Positions 37,004 through 47,923 of a stretch of 64,000 bases of DNA are shown in pieces. Origin of the DNA: a virus (lineage: Duplodnaviria > Caudoviricetes). How positions within the stretch are numbered: the stretch's first letter is position 1; the number at the start of each line of letters is the position of its first letter. The stretch lies in the IMG/VR virus record IMGVR_UViG_2061766007_002263; one strand, given 5' to 3'. The notes beneath the pieces were generated by a model that worked only from the letters and a program-made list of their open reading frames with translations, was not told where the DNA came from and made no database searches. Both the position numbers and the translations under genes were made by a program.

Positions 37004-40000
37004 TTAATTTATGGAATTACGGTTTTCTATCTCTTTCTCAAAATCAAGCATGTATTTGTTTTTGAGATTGTCCTGAAGACCACCTAAGTCCAGTCCTATT
37101 CCGGGTATCGTATGGGCTTGTTCCTCTGTAACCGGGTATAATGTATATCCGAATGCGCCGGCGGCAGTGGTTGTCCGTGGGTCTGGCAGTATATCGCCTT
37201 CCGAATATGTTCTGTATGATTTTATTTTGAGCTCCGATACATATCCGGCCGCTTTAGGTCTGCTTACGGGCGGAATAGCTACTACCCAATAGTCAGATTT
37301 GCTGCTTACCGCGCAGAACGTATCAAAAGGTGAATATGTTCCGGCCGGTTGGGATTGAAGTTCCTTCTGTGCCTCAACAAGCTTGGACGGGTCTATTCCG
37401 GTCTTTACGTCAAACTTTATCATAGGCAGACTTACGCCGTTCTTTTGTATATTTTTTCTTGATTTCCAGTCAGGAAGAGTCTGGTATACATAAGGATATT
37501 TGTTCTTGATTCCAAGTTGTGCTCTCAAGGCTGCTTTCCTGCTTGCGTTCGACATATTTATGTTGTTAATCTTTCCACGGTCTGCCCAGGTAATTTGGAA
37601 GATACAGTCGTCTATGTCATTGCGTACTTGTTTCTGTTCGTAGCTTGAAACTTTCTTGTTGAACTTCTTGACGGCTTCGTTGGCAAGATATTCTTTGGAC
37701 TCAAAACGGAACATATCATCGAACGGAAGCTCGGCGTATCTTTGTTTTTGTGGAATCCAGATGTATCTCTGGTCGTTGGATTTTACCGTACCGTCCTTGC
37801 ATTTGTTCAGAAAATCCATAGCCTCATTATCATCCACATACTTTATCTTTATATACAACAACATGGTCCTGTCCTGTGACAGTTTCAAATTCTGGTCAAT
37901 AACACTGTTTATTTTCTGTACGTTACTGTTGTCTATATCATAGAACGATACATTATATGTATGTGTGCTTGAGTCGAAAATATCAAATGTTTCAGATTTG
38001 CCGGTAGGATTGAAGTTCTCTATCTGCTGACAAATCAAAGGTATTGCTCCTTCAAGCTCACGCATTCTGAATAACGTGCCGTCAACTTTGTTGCATCTTG
38101 AGTTTATATAGAACTTGCGGTATTCATAAAGCACATTAAGATACGCATACATATATTCCTCAACGCTGTCGTCTCGTCTGCCTCTTGTTACCAAGTCTAC
38201 GGTATTTTGTTTCAGGTCGCGTATAGCGTCATAAATAACGTTGTAGTCATTATAAGTCCATGAATACGATGTCATGCCCACATACTTTGACATTCTGTTT
38301 ATGAAGTTGTCAAGCACGTTTATTTTCCTGTTAAAAGAATCAAGCACAGTCTGCTTTGTTGATTCATTCTGAAAAATTTCATATGCTTTTTCAATCCAGT
38401 AATGGTAAAATACGCTTGACGTATCATACGAGTCGGATATAGGAAGGCTCTTGGAAAGCACTTGTTTGTTTACTGTGTGTTTCAACAGAGTCCATACTTC
38501 ATGCCAGCTTACGTCCTGTACAAAAATCTGTTTTGCTTTCTGCAACCATGCGCGTTGATGGTTCGCCGAACGTATCAGGACTCTCAATCCAACGTCGTTT
38601 GTAACTATTCTTGGCTGGAGATAATCTGAAAGATTCCTTCCGTTGGGCTCAGTAAACTTGAAGAACGTGGAAGTGGCAAAAAGGTTACTGAGGGCTTTGC
38701 GTAATCCGGGGTCTATGTAATTTATACGCACATACTGTTTTACTCCCTGTGAATAAATGTAGTTGTGCTGTGAGCTTACGCCCGGAGGAGAGATGTATAT
38801 TAATGGCGCATAGTTGTTTAATGTATAAAACGGATAGTAATTTCCGATGTCTTGCATTCTTACGTCTTTCACCCAGCTGCCGTATACGTTCTGTAAATTC
38901 ATGTAACTGTTCGGATTCTCAAAATAGTTTCCTGACGGATTTACGTTTGAATATTCCATACCAGGTAATGCGGACGCATATCCCCATCCGAATATAATAG
39001 GAGCATCCCAATCTGTACCAAGCTGAGCCCATGTTTGTGGAGAAATTCCTGCCCATGACGGCAACGTAGAATATCCAAACGGAGAATTCGGAAGAGGAGT
39101 CTGTGAGCCGGAATCCGGTGGTATATCAAGGTTAGCCTCTTGTTTGTTTCCAGCATACATAAGCGTGTCCAAGTTAGTCCAAGGGGTCGCGCCGGTGAGC
39201 CCGCCCTGCTTGATTCCACCTATAACTTGCTTTACGTTCTTCAAGTCAACTTCTATAAACGGAACGGTGCCGGTTACAAGCCTTGAATGCCAGCACCACC
39301 AGCTACTGCACCATCCATACTCACGTACAAGATACCATTCTCTGTACAAGACCGTATATGTATTTCTTCTTACAGGCACTTTGATAATCTGGTGCGGACC
39401 ATTATTGTATCTGTCTGAGAATGAAGTTCCCGGCGCGGATTGGAAGAAATATACGTCATGCCATGAATAAGTTGAGTTTCCGGTTACATACTCAAGAAAA
39501 TTGAGCTCTTCCGCATGCCGTATATCACATGGTCCGTAATCCGGGCAGCTGTGATACCTTACACCACTCTGAGGAAACGTAAGCCGGTATCCGTTGGATT
39601 TGGAATAAGCCATAGAAATACTCATCGCGGCATTATGTGAATTCATTGGAGACAATCTTATCGGTAATCCGTTGCATACTTTGTTCCAGAAATTGAACCA
39701 CCAGTTGTCCCCATAATTCTTGCAGTAAACATTGTTGTAATAATAGCCTTCCGAGATAGTCCAGAAAGACGATGAGCTGGCGTTCGGATTAGAATGCATC
39801 AGAGGTCTTTTCATGTAGTATGTTTCCCACTGGGTATAAGTACAATAGTATTTCAGACTCGCACGATATGCCGTAAGTTGATACACACCACATATACCAT
39901 GATAGTATCTGTATCTGTACCATCCTCCGGTGTATTCGTATGACGAAATATAAATCCATCCGAGTCTTCCCCAGTAGTCTTTGTAGTAGTACATTGAATA

Positions 40001-42661
40001 CGTGGTAGGGTAGCCCGCCCTTGTCCAGTAATCAGGGCTTGCGTACCAGTAATTATATCCACCATACGCTGACGAATAATAGTTCCAGTTTGACCATTCG
40101 TAGTATGCGTTCCAGTAATAGTGTGGACAATTCGGATAATAGTCATTGTTGTATGGATTACACATGAAAGATACAGGCGTAAGATATCCTGTATTATGGG
40201 ATTCATATGTCCATCCATGTCCGATTGAATAAAAATAATTTCCGTTTATATATCCGTTAGGACTGTCAGACCACAGCCAGTGTCTCATAAGGCAGTAGAT
40301 GGCTTGCAGCGTGAAGTCGCAGCTTCCTTGTTGCAGTAATGACTTGCACCTTGAAGGACTCCTGTATGGGTCTTGGAATAAAGCTCTGTTTCCTATAGGA
40401 GAATATCTTTCCTCCACGCCGTTGAAATTCTGGCTTACGTTCGTGGACAAGTTCTCCGCGCCAAGTCGTGGAACATTCCTAAGGAACTCGTTGTCCTTCT
40501 CGAAATACCCTTCTACAGTTTTTGGATTGTAGTTTCTTCCGTGCGGTCCGCCATAAAGAGCCGGAGCCCAATGTGGAATTCCAGTATCCCTGGAATATTT
40601 GCTGTTCTCGTTTTTGTCCGCGTCAATCATGGACGTTACGGTTTTATCGCCGTTAGGGTTGCTGAGGTCAATCTCAGACTCTTCGCTGAAACTGCTGTTG
40701 CCGTTACCGGTTCCACCAGTCGTAGTAGTGTTTTTGTTTGACGACGAGTTTGCTGTAGCATAGTTTGAGTTGTGTTCCTTTTTCGCTATACTCATTGCGC
40801 GGTTTACCATGTTGGAACGATTGAGGAAGTATTTCAATATACGTGAGCCGCCGATTCTTATACCGAGAATCTTGTAGTCGTCATATTCAGGTACGCTGAC
40901 GTTATTTGCGATGTCCGGAATGTTTTTATACACTTCATTTCCAGCGCTGTCAGTAACAGTTGTTTCCATGAGAATCGGAGTATATGGATAAGCGGCATTT
41001 TTGCGGTAATGTTTTGTAGTAGTTTCACCGGTGTTTTTGTTATATTCCTTTACGTCATATTCTGATTGGTCATATCCGAGGCTGTCGTCTTCCATGTACA
41101 GCGCGTCGATTATCTGATGGATTACGCCGTCAAGTTGCTCAGTGCTGTCAGGTGCAGTTGAGTCCTCAAATTTGGAGCATGACGAGTCAATGCTCATATG
41201 TACTATGTCAACTGAGCTTAATCCGTCGTCCGGAGTAGTGTATAACGCTTGCCAATATTTAAGGCTGTTCCAGTTTCTCCATCCGGAGAATGCCGCGTTC
41301 ATCTGGTCGTCACGCATTATCTTTTCTTTGAATGACAGCTGACGATAGTTATTGCTTGAAAATCTGTTGCCGTCTCCTCTGCCATAAATGCTCAACCGGC
41401 TTGATTCAAAGCCGCTTAACGCAACGTCATAGAATTGGTCAAGACCGTCTCCACGGTTTGTTGATATGTAGTTCAGCCAATATACTGAATATGGAAATGC
41501 TGACGGTATCCAGTCAGACCGGTTAGGCACGGGTACGCCTTCAATTGGAGTCTTTGATACTGCGGCATTCAACGCCCCATATACGAAAGCTCTTGAATCC
41601 GCATACCCAGAAGGGTTGTCAGAAGTAATACGGTTCGTAAGCGAGAGATACGACGGAGCTTTGTTTTCTTTGTTCGTAAGCATACCTTCCTGTATGTAAA
41701 TGGACAGGTCCCATTCCGTAAGGTATGTCGAAACTATTCCGGTGCATTGTTCGAAGATATGCTGAAGAAACGAAATGTTGTCGTTTATTGCTTTATACGC
41801 GGGCAGACGGTACGTAGGATTCTTTCTCATGCTCAGAAGCTTTGACGTATCATACGTAACTGTTTCTGGGTCGAACTCGTCTTTATAAACCCATTTTTTG
41901 GCTTTGGAGTCCCATTTTCTTGTCCTTATGTAATAATCCACGGATGCATGCAGCGTTGTATAATCTTTGAAAGATTCGGATGAATATGGCGGAAAAAAGA
42001 AATTGACATATTCCTCAGAATAAGGTGGTACTGCATAAAAGCTGCCGTATATCCAGCCTTTACTCGGAACATACTGCCATCCGGAACTGCTGCCGATACC
42101 TGGAATGTCTGTCTTGAGACGAAGATTCAGCGTTGTATCTATACGTCCGTATTCATCGTATTGTCCGAAGATGTTGCTGTCATGCAGTATTGCTCCACCC
42201 GGATTGTACAGATATTCTTTTATTCCGACGACTTTTCCAAGTCTGTAATCGATGTCACTGCTTATAGGTGACATATAGGAGTCAAGAAAAAGCTGGACGA
42301 ACTCCTGCGCTTGCAATGATTCTACCGCTGCTTCTATAGTGGCGGATTCTTCATTTGACAGCGTACTGGACAATATAGGGCTTTTGGCTGACGCGGATAC
42401 GTTTGACTGTACCACGTCGTCTTTCATAGCGTCAATGGCTTTGAGCCTGAGAAATTTGGCATAGTCAGTAGTAGGGGTAAGACCGTTTCTGTTTATAAGC
42501 CTGCCGATGTTGTTGCGGAATTTATATAATTCATCAATACGGTTTTTATATGACGCGCCGTTAGTTTCTGAGTCAGCATGAAATCGTACTTCATTGTTGT
42601 TCGATTCAGTCATCTCAGACATGTATTCTGTTCTGTCCAGTTCGATGCTTGGATTTCTCAA
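37004..42661 (-). CDS. very large virion-associated protein (1885 aa) with Trp/Tyr-rich segment
   Basis: Long ORF beside baseplate genes; ACTAATT at 42695-42701; function not recognised. Confidence 0.65.
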   Translation of the reverse strand: MRNPSIELDRTEYMSEMTESNNNEVRFHADSETNGASYKNRIDELYKFRNNIGRLINRNGLTPTTDYAKFLRLKAIDAMKDDVVQSNVSASAKSPILSSTLSNEESATIEAAVESLQAQEFVQLFLDSYMSPISSDIDYRLGKVVGIKEYLYNPGGAILHDSNIFGQYDEYGRIDTTLNLRLKTDIPGIGSSSGWQYVPSKGWIYGSFYAVPPYSEEYVNFFFPPYSSESFKDYTTLHASVDYYIRTRKWDSKAKKWVYKDEFDPETVTYDTSKLLSMRKNPTYRLPAYKAINDNISFLQHIFEQCTGIVSTYLTEWDLSIYIQEGMLTNKENKAPSYLSLTNRITSDNPSGYADSRAFVYGALNAAVSKTPIEGVPVPNRSDWIPSAFPYSVYWLNYISTNRGDGLDQFYDVALSGFESSRLSIYGRGDGNRFSSNNYRQLSFKEKIMRDDQMNAAFSGWRNWNSLKYWQALYTTPDDGLSSVDIVHMSIDSSCSKFEDSTAPDSTEQLDGVIHQIIDALYMEDDSLGYDQSEYDVKEYNKNTGETTTKHYRKNAAYPYTPILMETTVTDSAGNEVYKNIPDIANNVSVPEYDDYKILGIRIGGSRILKYFLNRSNMVNRAMSIAKKEHNSNYATANSSSNKNTTTTGGTGNGNSSFSEESEIDLSNPNGDKTVTSMIDADKNENSKYSRDTGIPHWAPALYGGPHGRNYNPKTVEGYFEKDNEFLRNVPRLGAENLSTNVSQNFNGVEERYSPIGNRALFQDPYRSPSRCKSLLQQGSCDFTLQAIYCLMRHWLWSDSPNGYINGNYFYSIGHGWTYESHNTGYLTPVSFMCNPYNNDYYPNCPHYYWNAYYEWSNWNYYSSAYGGYNYWYASPDYWTRAGYPTTYSMYYYKDYWGRLGWIYISSYEYTGGWYRYRYYHGICGVYQLTAYRASLKYYCTYTQWETYYMKRPLMHSNPNASSSSFWTISEGYYYNNVYCKNYGDNWWFNFWNKVCNGLPIRLSPMNSHNAAMSISMAYSKSNGYRLTFPQSGVRYHSCPDYGPCDIRHAEELNFLEYVTGNSTYSWHDVYFFQSAPGTSFSDRYNNGPHQIIKVPVRRNTYTVLYREWYLVREYGWCSSWWCWHSRLVTGTVPFIEVDLKNVKQVIGGIKQGGLTGATPWTNLDTLMYAGNKQEANLDIPPDSGSQTPLPNSPFGYSTLPSWAGISPQTWAQLGTDWDAPIIFGWGYASALPGMEYSNVNPSGNYFENPNSYMNLQNVYGSWVKDVRMQDIGNYYPFYTLNNYAPLIYISPPGVSSQHNYIYSQGVKQYVRINYIDPGLRKALSNLFATSTFFKFTEPNGRNLSDYLQPRIVTNDVGLRVLIRSANHQRAWLQKAKQIFVQDVSWHEVWTLLKHTVNKQVLSKSLPISDSYDTSSVFYHYWIEKAYEIFQNESTKQTVLDSFNRKINVLDNFINRMSKYVGMTSYSWTYNDYNVIYDAIRDLKQNTVDLVTRGRRDDSVEEYMYAYLNVLYEYRKFYINSRCNKVDGTLFRMRELEGAIPLICQQIENFNPTGKSETFDIFDSSTHTYNVSFYDIDNSNVQKINSVIDQNLKLSQDRTMLLYIKIKYVDDNEAMDFLNKCKDGTVKSNDQRYIWIPQKQRYAELPFDDMFRFESKEYLANEAVKKFNKKVSSYEQKQVRNDIDDCIFQITWADRGKINNINMSNASRKAALRAQLGIKNKYPYVYQTLPDWKSRKNIQKNGVSLPMIKFDVKTGIDPSKLVEAQKELQSQPAGTYSPFDTFCAVSSKSDYWVVAIPPVSRPKAAGYVSELKIKSYRTYSEGDILPDPRTTTAAGAFGYTLYPVTEEQAHTIPGIGLDLGGLQDNLKNKYMLDFEKEIENRNSIN

Positions 42662-42729
42662 TTTCTTAATACTCCGGGAGTTGTGTTAACTTTAAATTAG
42701 TCTTTGTTTCAGCTGTTTAAAAAATAAGG

Positions 42730-44169
42730 TTATTTTACTTGTACGTTATGAAGCTGTGTGGCAATCTTTCTGACCGTAGCATTGGCTGACTTCCCACCTT
42801 TGACTTTCATAATGGAGTCGATAGTCTGGTCAGTCTGTTCTTTAAGATTTTTCATGTTCTCGATGGTACTGAGTATATCGTCATATGCTCCGGTAGATTT
42901 GAGACTGTCAACCATGGATTGCTTCATTCCGTTCTTGCCTCCGAGTCCGTTGTTGTAAACGTCTTTGGCAATGTCTTCCATGTTAGGGAACATTTCTTTA
43001 AGATTATCAGTCGTGAGAAGCTTCATAGCCTCATTTATTGCCGACTGCGCCTCTTCAAAAGCGTCTTTCGCGCGGAACTGCTCGGTGTTAGTTCCGAATG
43101 TCATGGAAAGCCTCTGGCATTTATTATATGTAGAGGAAAGCCCCGTAAGAGCCTCCTTAATCTGGTCGATGACACTTTTTGCCTCTTCGGTAAGACAGTC
43201 CATGCCTATAAGCTCCCAGAACATCTGCACCATAGCGGAAACAATCATTATGAGAAGCGCGACTACTTTGACTATAATACGCTGGATTATCTCGGAGATA
43301 TTTGTAGGATTGTTCCAACATCCTGAGGCAAGAACAGTAATCTTTACCGTGTCCATCGTAATGTTCATCAACGGATTCATGGAGTTCTTTATAGTAACGA
43401 TTACGTTCAGTATGGCGAGGAAAGCTTTCATCAATCCAAGGTCTTTATATGCGCAAGCCCTTGCGTTCTGTTCTTTTGCCAGAATCTCCTGGTCCATCTT
43501 GTTCAATGCTTTATCTACTGCGTCAGCCATCGCCGAATCAGCAGTATCATCTCCAGAGTATGAGCCGTTCAAACCGTCCAAGTCATTCTCATTCATACTG
43601 AAAATATCCCCGGATGCGTCTCCGAGGTCATTGGGGTCTACATCTGAGTTCTCAATACCTTTTATGGGGCTTATGGTTCCGTTACAGTTTATGTCGAACA
43701 AGTCAAGTCCACTTGCACCGATGTCGTCAAAGTCACCGTCCTCAGAAGACCTCGATTTGCTTCCGGGGAGCAGCGTGGCAAGAATCTTTCCTATACCTAT
43801 CTCAATCTCAGGTATAAGGGGGTTAGGGTCGCCGTTCATGCTCGGAATCATTACCAGTGAATTGCCGGTACCACCGGCTTTGAATATAGCTTCCCTCAAA
43901 GAAGCCGGAATGTTGTCCAGTTTTCCGCCAGAGCCTCCGAAGTTTCCTATAGCCTCGTTGTCAGTCTGAAAATTGTCCGACGAGTATTTCATTGAAATCT
44001 CCGTAACTTTTCTTTGGATACTCGCCAATATTTTGTTGAGCTGTTCATCCGTATCCCTAAGGGACATCTGGTTGATTTCCCTCTTAGGGTTGAGGTTGTT
44101 GTCGCCGTATGAGTAATCTTCTTTAATGTATGCGTCGTAAACTTTGTCTACGAATGATTTGCTCTCCAT
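42730..44169 (-). CDS. hypothetical helical protein of the baseplate module
   Basis: 479 aa, directly downstream of the spike-like gene; one hydrophobic stretch. Confidence 0.6.
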   Translation of the reverse strand: MESKSFVDKVYDAYIKEDYSYGDNNLNPKREINQMSLRDTDEQLNKILASIQRKVTEISMKYSSDNFQTDNEAIGNFGGSGGKLDNIPASLREAIFKAGGTGNSLVMIPSMNGDPNPLIPEIEIGIGKILATLLPGSKSRSSEDGDFDDIGASGLDLFDINCNGTISPIKGIENSDVDPNDLGDASGDIFSMNENDLDGLNGSYSGDDTADSAMADAVDKALNKMDQEILAKEQNARACAYKDLGLMKAFLAILNVIVTIKNSMNPLMNITMDTVKITVLASGCWNNPTNISEIIQRIIVKVVALLIMIVSAMVQMFWELIGMDCLTEEAKSVIDQIKEALTGLSSTYNKCQRLSMTFGTNTEQFRAKDAFEEAQSAINEAMKLLTTDNLKEMFPNMEDIAKDVYNNGLGGKNGMKQSMVDSLKSTGAYDDILSTIENMKNLKEQTDQTIDSIMKVKGGKSANATVRKIATQLHNVQVK

Positions 44170-44190
44170 AAATACTTAGTTTCCTTATCG

Positions 44191-44955
44191 TTAGATTGTA
44201 ATGGAAGTAACCGGATTCAAATCAACGCCTTCCATTGATACGCCGGACGAACCGGTAGTTCCGATAACGTTGAGTCCGTGATGTCCGAGTATGACTTTCT
44301 TGGCATCTACGTTGAAAAGTTCCGTCTTGAACTCAATCTGATGCGCGTCCATCTGTATCTGGGAAAAACTCTCCGTGGTAGCTTGTGCGCTGCCGCTTGG
44401 GTTTCCAACGCGCATGTAAATCTTGTCGTACTGTATGATAAAACAAGTTCCACTGGTATTTATGTAATACTTCTCTCCGGTTTTGTAATTGTACATCTCT
44501 ACCATACCACCGCCTTCACGGTTGTTGGTATTTGTTATCCATTTCTCTATGACCATTTCATCATAATTTACGTAGTTTGTATCAAGCCCGCGTGACGAGA
44601 TAAAGTTCTGTATTTTCTTGTAGCCGTATGAATCCAGATAAGGCGTATTGTTGCACGTATAGAATTGGTTTGCAAGACCTATTACATATCCTACCGTAAA
44701 ATCTTCCGTAGCCGCGACAAATACCCAGTCAGGCATGTTCGTGTCTTTATTCGGATTAAGCTCTGTATAGCAATTTATAACTTGCCCTTTGAACATAGAA
44801 GGGTATCTTGGGAGATTGTCTGATTCCAAATCCGGGTAATCCGCCATGTATGGCATAATTCTGACTTGGAGACGGTCGTCACCTTCTTTGCCTACGTCAT
44901 GTACACGCGCCCTGTAAAGTTTAAGTTCCAGATTAGGTTTATATAATTCTCTCAT
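44191..44955 (-). CDS. baseplate central spike protein (gp5/VgrG OB-fold-like)
   Basis: YRARVHD.....RLQVRI N-terminus and beta-rich C-terminus; position after hub gene. Confidence 0.6.
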   Translation of the reverse strand: MRELYKPNLELKLYRARVHDVGKEGDDRLQVRIMPYMADYPDLESDNLPRYPSMFKGQVINCYTELNPNKDTNMPDWVFVAATEDFTVGYVIGLANQFYTCNNTPYLDSYGYKKIQNFISSRGLDTNYVNYDEMVIEKWITNTNNREGGGMVEMYNYKTGEKYYINTSGTCFIIQYDKIYMRVGNPSGSAQATTESFSQIQMDAHQIEFKTELFNVDAKKVILGHHGLNVIGTTGSSGVSMEGVDLNPVTSITI

Positions 44956-44975
44956 TGTAATCCTCCATATGCTTT

Positions 44976-46289
44976 TTAATCTACGCTGTAAAGATACGCC
45001 GACTTGTTTATCGTGGTCTTCTTGACATTATAAATAAGTGTTGGTCTTACTACTGTAATGATAGACGTAGTTTTGTCTGGGTTGCATCTTTCTTGTTTAG
45101 TCATTATACTTTTTACAAGCCATTTTCCATTTATCCAGTGTGTAGTTTTCTTTGAGGTTTCTTCATCCGCGTTCTCGCCTACCTTTCTTAAAGGCGTTAT
45201 AAGCATCGTGGTATCCCCGGCTACGAAGCCGTCTACGGCTCCGTTAACTATTATGTCAAGCTGGATAAAATCAATAACGTTATTATCGCTGTTCCTTGCC
45301 AATGCGAGTGCGTCTGGAAGCAGCCGGTTAGGATATGCCTCATTGCTGGTAGCGTCTATGTATTCCATTGTAAGGGCATTGAACGGCATCTTCGCGAAAT
45401 AATTGTCACCACTGTTTTTTCCCATTCTGGCTTTAGGCTGTTGGTTGGCTATGTAAACTTTTCCGGTCTCATTGTTTTCCAGCACCACTCGCTTTTTCAT
45501 GGTGGAGAACGATTTCTTGAGGTCTTCGTTGCCTATCGAAAGATTTATTTTTTGCCATGAGTAGTATTCTGTGATACCTTTTTGTTTTATCAGGTCTGTA
45601 AGTTGGTCTTGAACGGTATTCGCTATACCTTGAGGTGGATAAATAATTACTTTCGGCTCCTGACTTATCAGATTGGCAAATGAGTTCAAATTGGGTCGGT
45701 TGAACCAATCCAGATAGAAAAACACGTTGCTGTCGTTTATGTTCGTATAAGGCAATAATTTCTGTTCTATAAAGTCCACGTCAGACTCACCGCATTTATA
45801 CCTCGGTACATTTCCTGGGTCGCTTGAACTCGCAAATCTGTTGTCCTCTACTTTGAGACCAATCGCGCCGTTAGCGTCTTGACAGATTTTCTTTATAAGC
45901 TCGCTGAGCTTCATAGGAGCATATGCGTGTCCTTGATAAGTGCCATATAAATACCATGCCGGTTTGCACCAGACTTGGATGAACCCTCCCATCGCCTCAT
46001 TTCCGGCTTCAAATCCGTCGAATACTTTGGTGATTATAAAATCACAGAATGACTTAGCGGAGCGGCTGTCAGACTGGATGTTTCTGTTGCCTTCTATAAT
46101 GTCCAGACCTATTGTAGCACCGGGGTATAAGTCAAGCTGAGAAAGATATAATCCGTTTATATCCGTAATCTTGAAAGACAGTTCCGGCAGCGTCATGTCT
46201 ATAGAACTATAGATAGACACGTCCTCTATATTCCTTGATGGAATTTGAACTCTGTCAAGATACAAGATTATTAATGGTCTGGTAAGCAT
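44976..46289 (-). CDS. baseplate hub protein (gp27-like)
   Basis: ESDVDFI and terminal INGKWLVKSI motifs typical of hub proteins; synteny. Confidence 0.6.
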   Translation of the reverse strand: MLTRPLIILYLDRVQIPSRNIEDVSIYSSIDMTLPELSFKITDINGLYLSQLDLYPGATIGLDIIEGNRNIQSDSRSAKSFCDFIITKVFDGFEAGNEAMGGFIQVWCKPAWYLYGTYQGHAYAPMKLSELIKKICQDANGAIGLKVEDNRFASSSDPGNVPRYKCGESDVDFIEQKLLPYTNINDSNVFFYLDWFNRPNLNSFANLISQEPKVIIYPPQGIANTVQDQLTDLIKQKGITEYYSWQKINLSIGNEDLKKSFSTMKKRVVLENNETGKVYIANQQPKARMGKNSGDNYFAKMPFNALTMEYIDATSNEAYPNRLLPDALALARNSDNNVIDFIQLDIIVNGAVDGFVAGDTTMLITPLRKVGENADEETSKKTTHWINGKWLVKSIMTKQERCNPDKTTSIITVVRPTLIYNVKKTTINKSAYLYSVD

Positions 46290-46609
46290 TACTCAACTTC
46301 TTTCCTTTTGTTCTGGTTAAAGTTCAGTATGTCTTCTTTTGAAAATTCATAGATTTTGTATCCGGGCTCAAGTTCCCCAATGTAACCTATTTGGTTCATG
46401 TTAAGAAGTATGTCGTCATACTGAGCTTCGCCGTATCGGTTGTACATATATAGCCAGAACTTTTGAATATCACCTACAGTTACCCTGTGAGTAGTTGGTA
46501 TCGACGTTATTGCAAAATCAGAATAATTCGTGGTAAGTACGTCCGGATAAGGAATACCATCAATATCCGTTACTTTACTGTCTTTCATATAATCATATCT
46601 TGACTTCAT
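46289..46609 (-). CDS. baseplate wedge protein (gp53/LysM-like)
   Basis: MKSRY, Y..YG....DILL.MNQI....L.PG..I pattern. Confidence 0.65.
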   Translation of the reverse strand: MKSRYDYMKDSKVTDIDGIPYPDVLTTNYSDFAITSIPTTHRVTVGDIQKFWLYMYNRYGEAQYDDILLNMNQIGYIGELEPGYKIYEFSKEDILNFNQNKRKEVE

Positions 46610-46621
46610 TTTTGCCTCCTG

Positions 46622-47920
46622 TTATTGTGTTACGGAGCCAGTTACAGTAGCCATTGTTTCCATACGGTTGAGCGCGTTCTCACCGACTTGTGCCTGGCTT
46701 ACTACATTCTCTGACCTTTCCATTCCGACGGTATATCCCCATTGCCTTGCATAATCACTGTTCACAAAGAGTCTTATCGGTTCAAGCTCGTCAAACTTGA
46801 ACCATCCTTCACACGGATACCCGAATTCGTCTACATTATCAAAATCAAACCCCCATGATACTTTTTTAGGAACAAACGGTCCTACAACCAGCCCGCCAAT
46901 TATAAATGTTACGGTAGTAGTACATTTAAAACATTCTTCGGCTATCGTGTCTATAAGACCATACAGTTTGTCCGTAAAGTTATTGAAATTCTTTACCATG
47001 TTGGCTGCCCAGCTTTTATTTGAGTCACTTTCCAATGCCTCACGGTCTTGCTTGAGCAGAGACTCGTCTCCTCCGATAAGCTCCATAGTTTTAAGAACAG
47101 CCTTTCTGTCGGCTTGTGACTTTGTAGGAAACGGTCCGAATACGGAATGATAATCTCCAGTTTTGAGAGCCCAAGGTCCGACTAATGCGAGTATGGGCTT
47201 AACGACTTCTTCCTCACCAGAGAATAAGCCTGCTTGTCCAAACTTAAACTTGAACTGCGCCTCCGTTAGAAATGCGGAAGTTTTGGTTTTTGAGATATTT
47301 GCTACTTTGAAATCCTGATATAAAGACGCGCGTTCACCAGTAATCGCGTTGTCTACTAAGTCCTGGTCTCCGGTAAGCGTTCCGGCAGTCAATGCCACGG
47401 TATTTACCGCGTCGCTTACTCTTGATACTGTGCTGGCCAGTTTGTTATTCAATATCGTATCACCTAAAGACGTAAAATCATAATCAATCGAGTAATTCGT
47501 TTTTGGTTGATTTTCCATTTGGAGCATTACGCGCTCCGATATGTTTGCGAAGCTGTTTATTTTTCTGTGCCGCCAGTTTCCAAAAGCTGACGCGGACAAA
47601 AGGTATTGTTTTCCGGTTTTAGCTACTACACGGCTCAAATCATCCGCGCCGGTACTTATCGCAATGTCACAGTACCTTGCGCGGTTTACTATGTCCATGT
47701 TAGCGTCTTTCAGATGCCCTGCGGATTCTGTTTCAGTTTCTGAAACTGCCGTAGGACTAGGCCAAGTTATCGTGGACTTTCCAGAGTATGCTTGCCAACC
47801 TTCTGTAGCTTCATATGGGGCTTGAGCTTTCTCGGTTAGATGAGAATCATCACCTATGATAGTAGACCTTATAGGTCTTGATATAGTTGTTTTTTTGCCC
47901 AAATTATGAACTGTAATCAT
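46622..47920 (-). CDS. tail tube initiator / baseplate protein
   Basis: Immediately downstream of tape measure; C-terminal V.WGFD...DEFGYP..G pattern. Confidence 0.5.
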   Translation of the reverse strand: MITVHNLGKKTTISRPIRSTIIGDDSHLTEKAQAPYEATEGWQAYSGKSTITWPSPTAVSETETESAGHLKDANMDIVNRARYCDIAISTGADDLSRVVAKTGKQYLLSASAFGNWRHRKINSFANISERVMLQMENQPKTNYSIDYDFTSLGDTILNNKLASTVSRVSDAVNTVALTAGTLTGDQDLVDNAITGERASLYQDFKVANISKTKTSAFLTEAQFKFKFGQAGLFSGEEEVVKPILALVGPWALKTGDYHSVFGPFPTKSQADRKAVLKTMELIGGDESLLKQDREALESDSNKSWAANMVKNFNNFTDKLYGLIDTIAEECFKCTTTVTFIIGGLVVGPFVPKKVSWGFDFDNVDEFGYPCEGWFKFDELEPIRLFVNSDYARQWGYTVGMERSENVVSQAQVGENALNRMETMATVTGSVTQ

Positions 47921-47923
47921 ATG

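Noticed and set aside
42965-43969. Long antisense ORFs (also 49221-50285, 34944-35720, 22869-23642)
   Set aside because: They are shadows of real genes on the opposite strand, with Ser/Ile/Phe-rich composition and no RBS or motifs.
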